Below are positions 61,872 to 64,000 of a stretch of 64,000 nt of DNA, in pieces. Position 1 is the stretch's first letter, and the number at the start of each line of letters is the position of its first letter. A program made the translations under genes and the position numbers. The notes below the pieces were generated by a model. That model saw only the letters and a program-made list of their open reading frames with translations, did not search any database and was not told where the DNA came from. Location: positions 64,001 through 128,000 of IMG/VR virus record IMGVR_UViG_3300035661_000009. One strand, written 5' to 3'. This stretch comes from a virus.

Positions 61872-62912
61872 TTAATCCCCGTGGGTGTGTTTAGTGCTTA
61901 GATATGTAGAGGCTTGGGCTTCAAAGTTGGCTAAATCCACACCCATTTTGGTTACTGCCGTTATAGCTTGGGTTAATGAATAAGCCATAACTCCAAAACC
62001 GGGCAATGCTAATACTCCACCCAGCATAGGTGCTGCATTAGCTGCAGCGGCTACTCCTAAGGCTATTGTAGCTTGTGTAAGCGCCGCCGTAAGGTTGGCT
62101 ATGTCGGTAGACAGGTTGGTATGTAACGTTTGTTGCTGATTCCTGAAATTAGTGCCATTAAGCCAAGCTTGTTGACTAGCCGCGTCAGGATTGACTTTCA
62201 TGCCGTTAGCTGTAGTTATTTTGAGATTAGCATCTGTCTTAAACTCAGTATTATTCTTACTATACGTCTTTATGTTTTGATCTTTCTTACTTATTTTAAA
62301 AAAGGCATTGTCTGTGGCCGAGTCGTCTAAACTACCTATATAGCCAAGGATGTGCTCACCATTAATGGTCTGTTGATAAGTAGCGTCTTGGTGTTTCTCA
62401 GAATCAGCGACAGATCCGTCTGCGTTAGTCTTTCCTCTGCGGGTTAGCTGGAATTCGCCATCTTCGTTAATAAAGACATTCATTCCGTTATATTCAAAAT
62501 CTAAAAAGATAGAATTCCCGTACGTTTCTTCTGTACCAGCATATGAATGGGGAATACCGCCTATAATATATGCTTCTCTAGAATTACCATTAACACACAT
62601 AACTAAAACTTCACTATTAAGTCTTAAAAATGATTTTGGATTAGGGTCGATTCTGGGTATCCAGTTAATTCTATCCGCCACTCCACCAAATAAAGTGGTC
62701 GTTTTTACTCTATAATATGGAGTGTGAGCTTCGGCACCGCCATCGCAATATCCGACTAAAACATCATATGTCATTGTCTTATATTGTTCATCTGGAGGAT
62801 AAATATTAATAATTTTACCTAATCTAAGTCTAGAGTCATTTAGAGAGAGTTCATACGAACTAGCCTGCAATTGAGCGATATCGCCTAAATAAGATGGAAA
62901 GATTTCGCTCAT
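61872..62912 (-). CDS. Baseplate spike (gpV/gp5-like) candidate
   Basis: OB-fold-like SEVLVMCVNGNSREAYIIGGIPH, beta-rich middle, position between hub and wedge. Confidence 0.6.
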   Translation of the reverse strand: MSEIFPSYLGDIAQLQASSYELSLNDSRLRLGKIINIYPPDEQYKTMTYDVLVGYCDGGAEAHTPYYRVKTTTLFGGVADRINWIPRIDPNPKSFLRLNSEVLVMCVNGNSREAYIIGGIPHSYAGTEETYGNSIFLDFEYNGMNVFINEDGEFQLTRRGKTNADGSVADSEKHQDATYQQTINGEHILGYIGSLDDSATDNAFFKISKKDQNIKTYSKNNTEFKTDANLKITTANGMKVNPDAASQQAWLNGTNFRNQQQTLHTNLSTDIANLTAALTQATIALGVAAAANAAPMLGGVLALPGFGVMAYSLTQAITAVTKMGVDLANFEAQASTYLSTKHTHGD

Positions 62913-62913
62913 A

Positions 62914-64000
62914 TTACTCCCTTTCTACCGTAATTGAATCCATATGCTTATTTTTTGGATTATTTATGTAATATACGTGGGCACCCTCTGGATTATTTTC
63001 AGACTCACTAAGTACAATGCCATTCGTCAAGGTCAATTGAATAGAAGACGACTTCAATCCAGAACCATTTATATTCCCCGTCATATTAACTGATTCAATA
63101 TGAAAAAGAAGATCGCTAATTACACAGTTATCCCCAATTGCTATAGGATCTGAAAATCCAACTACAGTGACCGTTCCAGTAAGTTTTAAATGATTCATCC
63201 CATTTATATCTAACCAAAACTTATTATAAAAAGACGTTCTTGCTGTAATTTCTCCATTTATAGATCCTGTAAAAGCTGCTGAAATATTTTTAACGACGCC
63301 TTGAACGCCACTTCTTTTAATATCAACAGTATCGTGCAATGGGGTCAATGAATTTCTTATGTCATGAGGATCTATCCCTTGTCTAATCGGGAGTAAATAA
63401 GTAAAGTTCATTTTAGCGCCGTTAGATTTTGTAAATGAAAATGAATTAATCATTGCATCATCTATTTCCCAGCGAGGAAGATCTAAATATTTAGTTATAT
63501 TAAAATTATCATTAAAATCGAACTTAATATCATTTTTTGGCGCAGTAGTTTTAGCTTGCTTAATTTCTCTTTTAATTACATTATTAGCATTTTTCTCTTG
63601 TGGAGTATTTGCCGCCCCTGCTGCCTGGCTTTTTAATTTGGCCAATACGGGAACTATTTTGGGAGTTGAAAGTGGAACTCTTCTTACGGTCAGTGACGGA
63701 TATATAAGATCGTCAGAAGACACTCTCATTGAGGTGAACATTTCATTTATTGGAGAATTCAAATATCCTTGCAGGATCCCCATAACTTCTTGCATAGCCC
63801 AATAGGTAGGCTGGACTACAATTGGATCGTTTAGTCTTTTGGTACAATTATTTATTATAAATCCAGTGTCTTTAAATAAATTATTTTCCGTATCTATTTC
63901 AGGAGCGTAGTCAATAAACTCTTGGACGCCTACGGTTACGTTTAAAATGTTTGCGTAAGTCTGGCCGCCACCTGAAGTAGAGTCTCTCCTAAATAGTGTA
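62914..64000 (-). CDS. Baseplate hub-like protein (5' end beyond window)
   Basis: Frame is open from 62914 to the window edge; C-terminal LTGTVTVVG..IAIGDN..FHIESV typical of hub proteins. Confidence 0.6.
   Translation of the reverse strand, partial: TLFRRDSTSGGGQTYANILNVTVGVQEFIDYAPEIDTENNLFKDTGFIINNCTKRLNDPIVVQPTYWAMQEVMGILQGYLNSPINEMFTSMRVSSDDLIYPSLTVRRVPLSTPKIVPVLAKLKSQAAGAANTPQEKNANNVIKREIKQAKTTAPKNDIKFDFNDNFNITKYLDLPRWEIDDAMINSFSFTKSNGAKMNFTYLLPIRQGIDPHDIRNSLTPLHDTVDIKRSGVQGVVKNISAAFTGSINGEITARTSFYNKFWLDINGMNHLKLTGTVTVVGFSDPIAIGDNCVISDLLFHIESVNMTGNINGSGLKSSSIQLTLTNGIVLSESENNPEGAHVYYINNPKNKHMDSITVERE

Noticed and set aside
1-64000. Stop-codon reassignment (alternative genetic code)
   Set aside because: Long conserved genes are intact in the standard code. 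TAG and TAA alternate as stops at equivalent positions of array units, and no suppressor tRNA was seen.

Overview
This window is 64 kb of a large, AT-rich, contractile-tailed (myovirus-like, probably jumbo) bacteriophage genome read in the standard genetic code. Baseplate genes lie at both edges on the minus strand: hub, spike and a LysM/gp25-like wedge at 58.8-64 kb, and baseplate J at <1-1523. Between them is about 57 kb of early/accessory genes. These include over 100 small ORFs, about 11 tRNA genes plus several aberrant tRNA-like RNAs, and about 18 copies of a conserved sigma70-type promoter (TTGNNN-17/18 bp-TAGGGT). Recognisable enzymes are ClpP, a GT4 glycosyltransferase, a deaminase, a class-II glutamine amidotransferase, two amidoligases, a SpoU methyltransferase, a C39-like peptidase, RNase H, a HAD phosphatase, a nucleotidyltransferase, an HNH nuclease and a GH73-like muramidase. 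Three further genes look like catalytically dead enzyme homologues. The standout feature is a tandem array at 9.5-16.9 kb of 23 intact short genes plus 2 remnants, with 2 more copies at 29.1-29.7 kb. Each encodes a conserved basic/aromatic leader (MKTRLTR..[YH]P[PS]IPWY[LI]K[FHY]WR) fused to a unique hypervariable (X-Ser)n core built from NNT-AGT hexamers. The array surrounds one small globular gene that has a paralogue elsewhere in the window. It looks like a phage-encoded, diversifying peptide library of unknown function. A GC-rich three-gene island and repeat-rich non-coding DNA at about 7.0-9.1 kb may mark a physical genome end. All functional calls come from visual motif recognition; no database searches were run.
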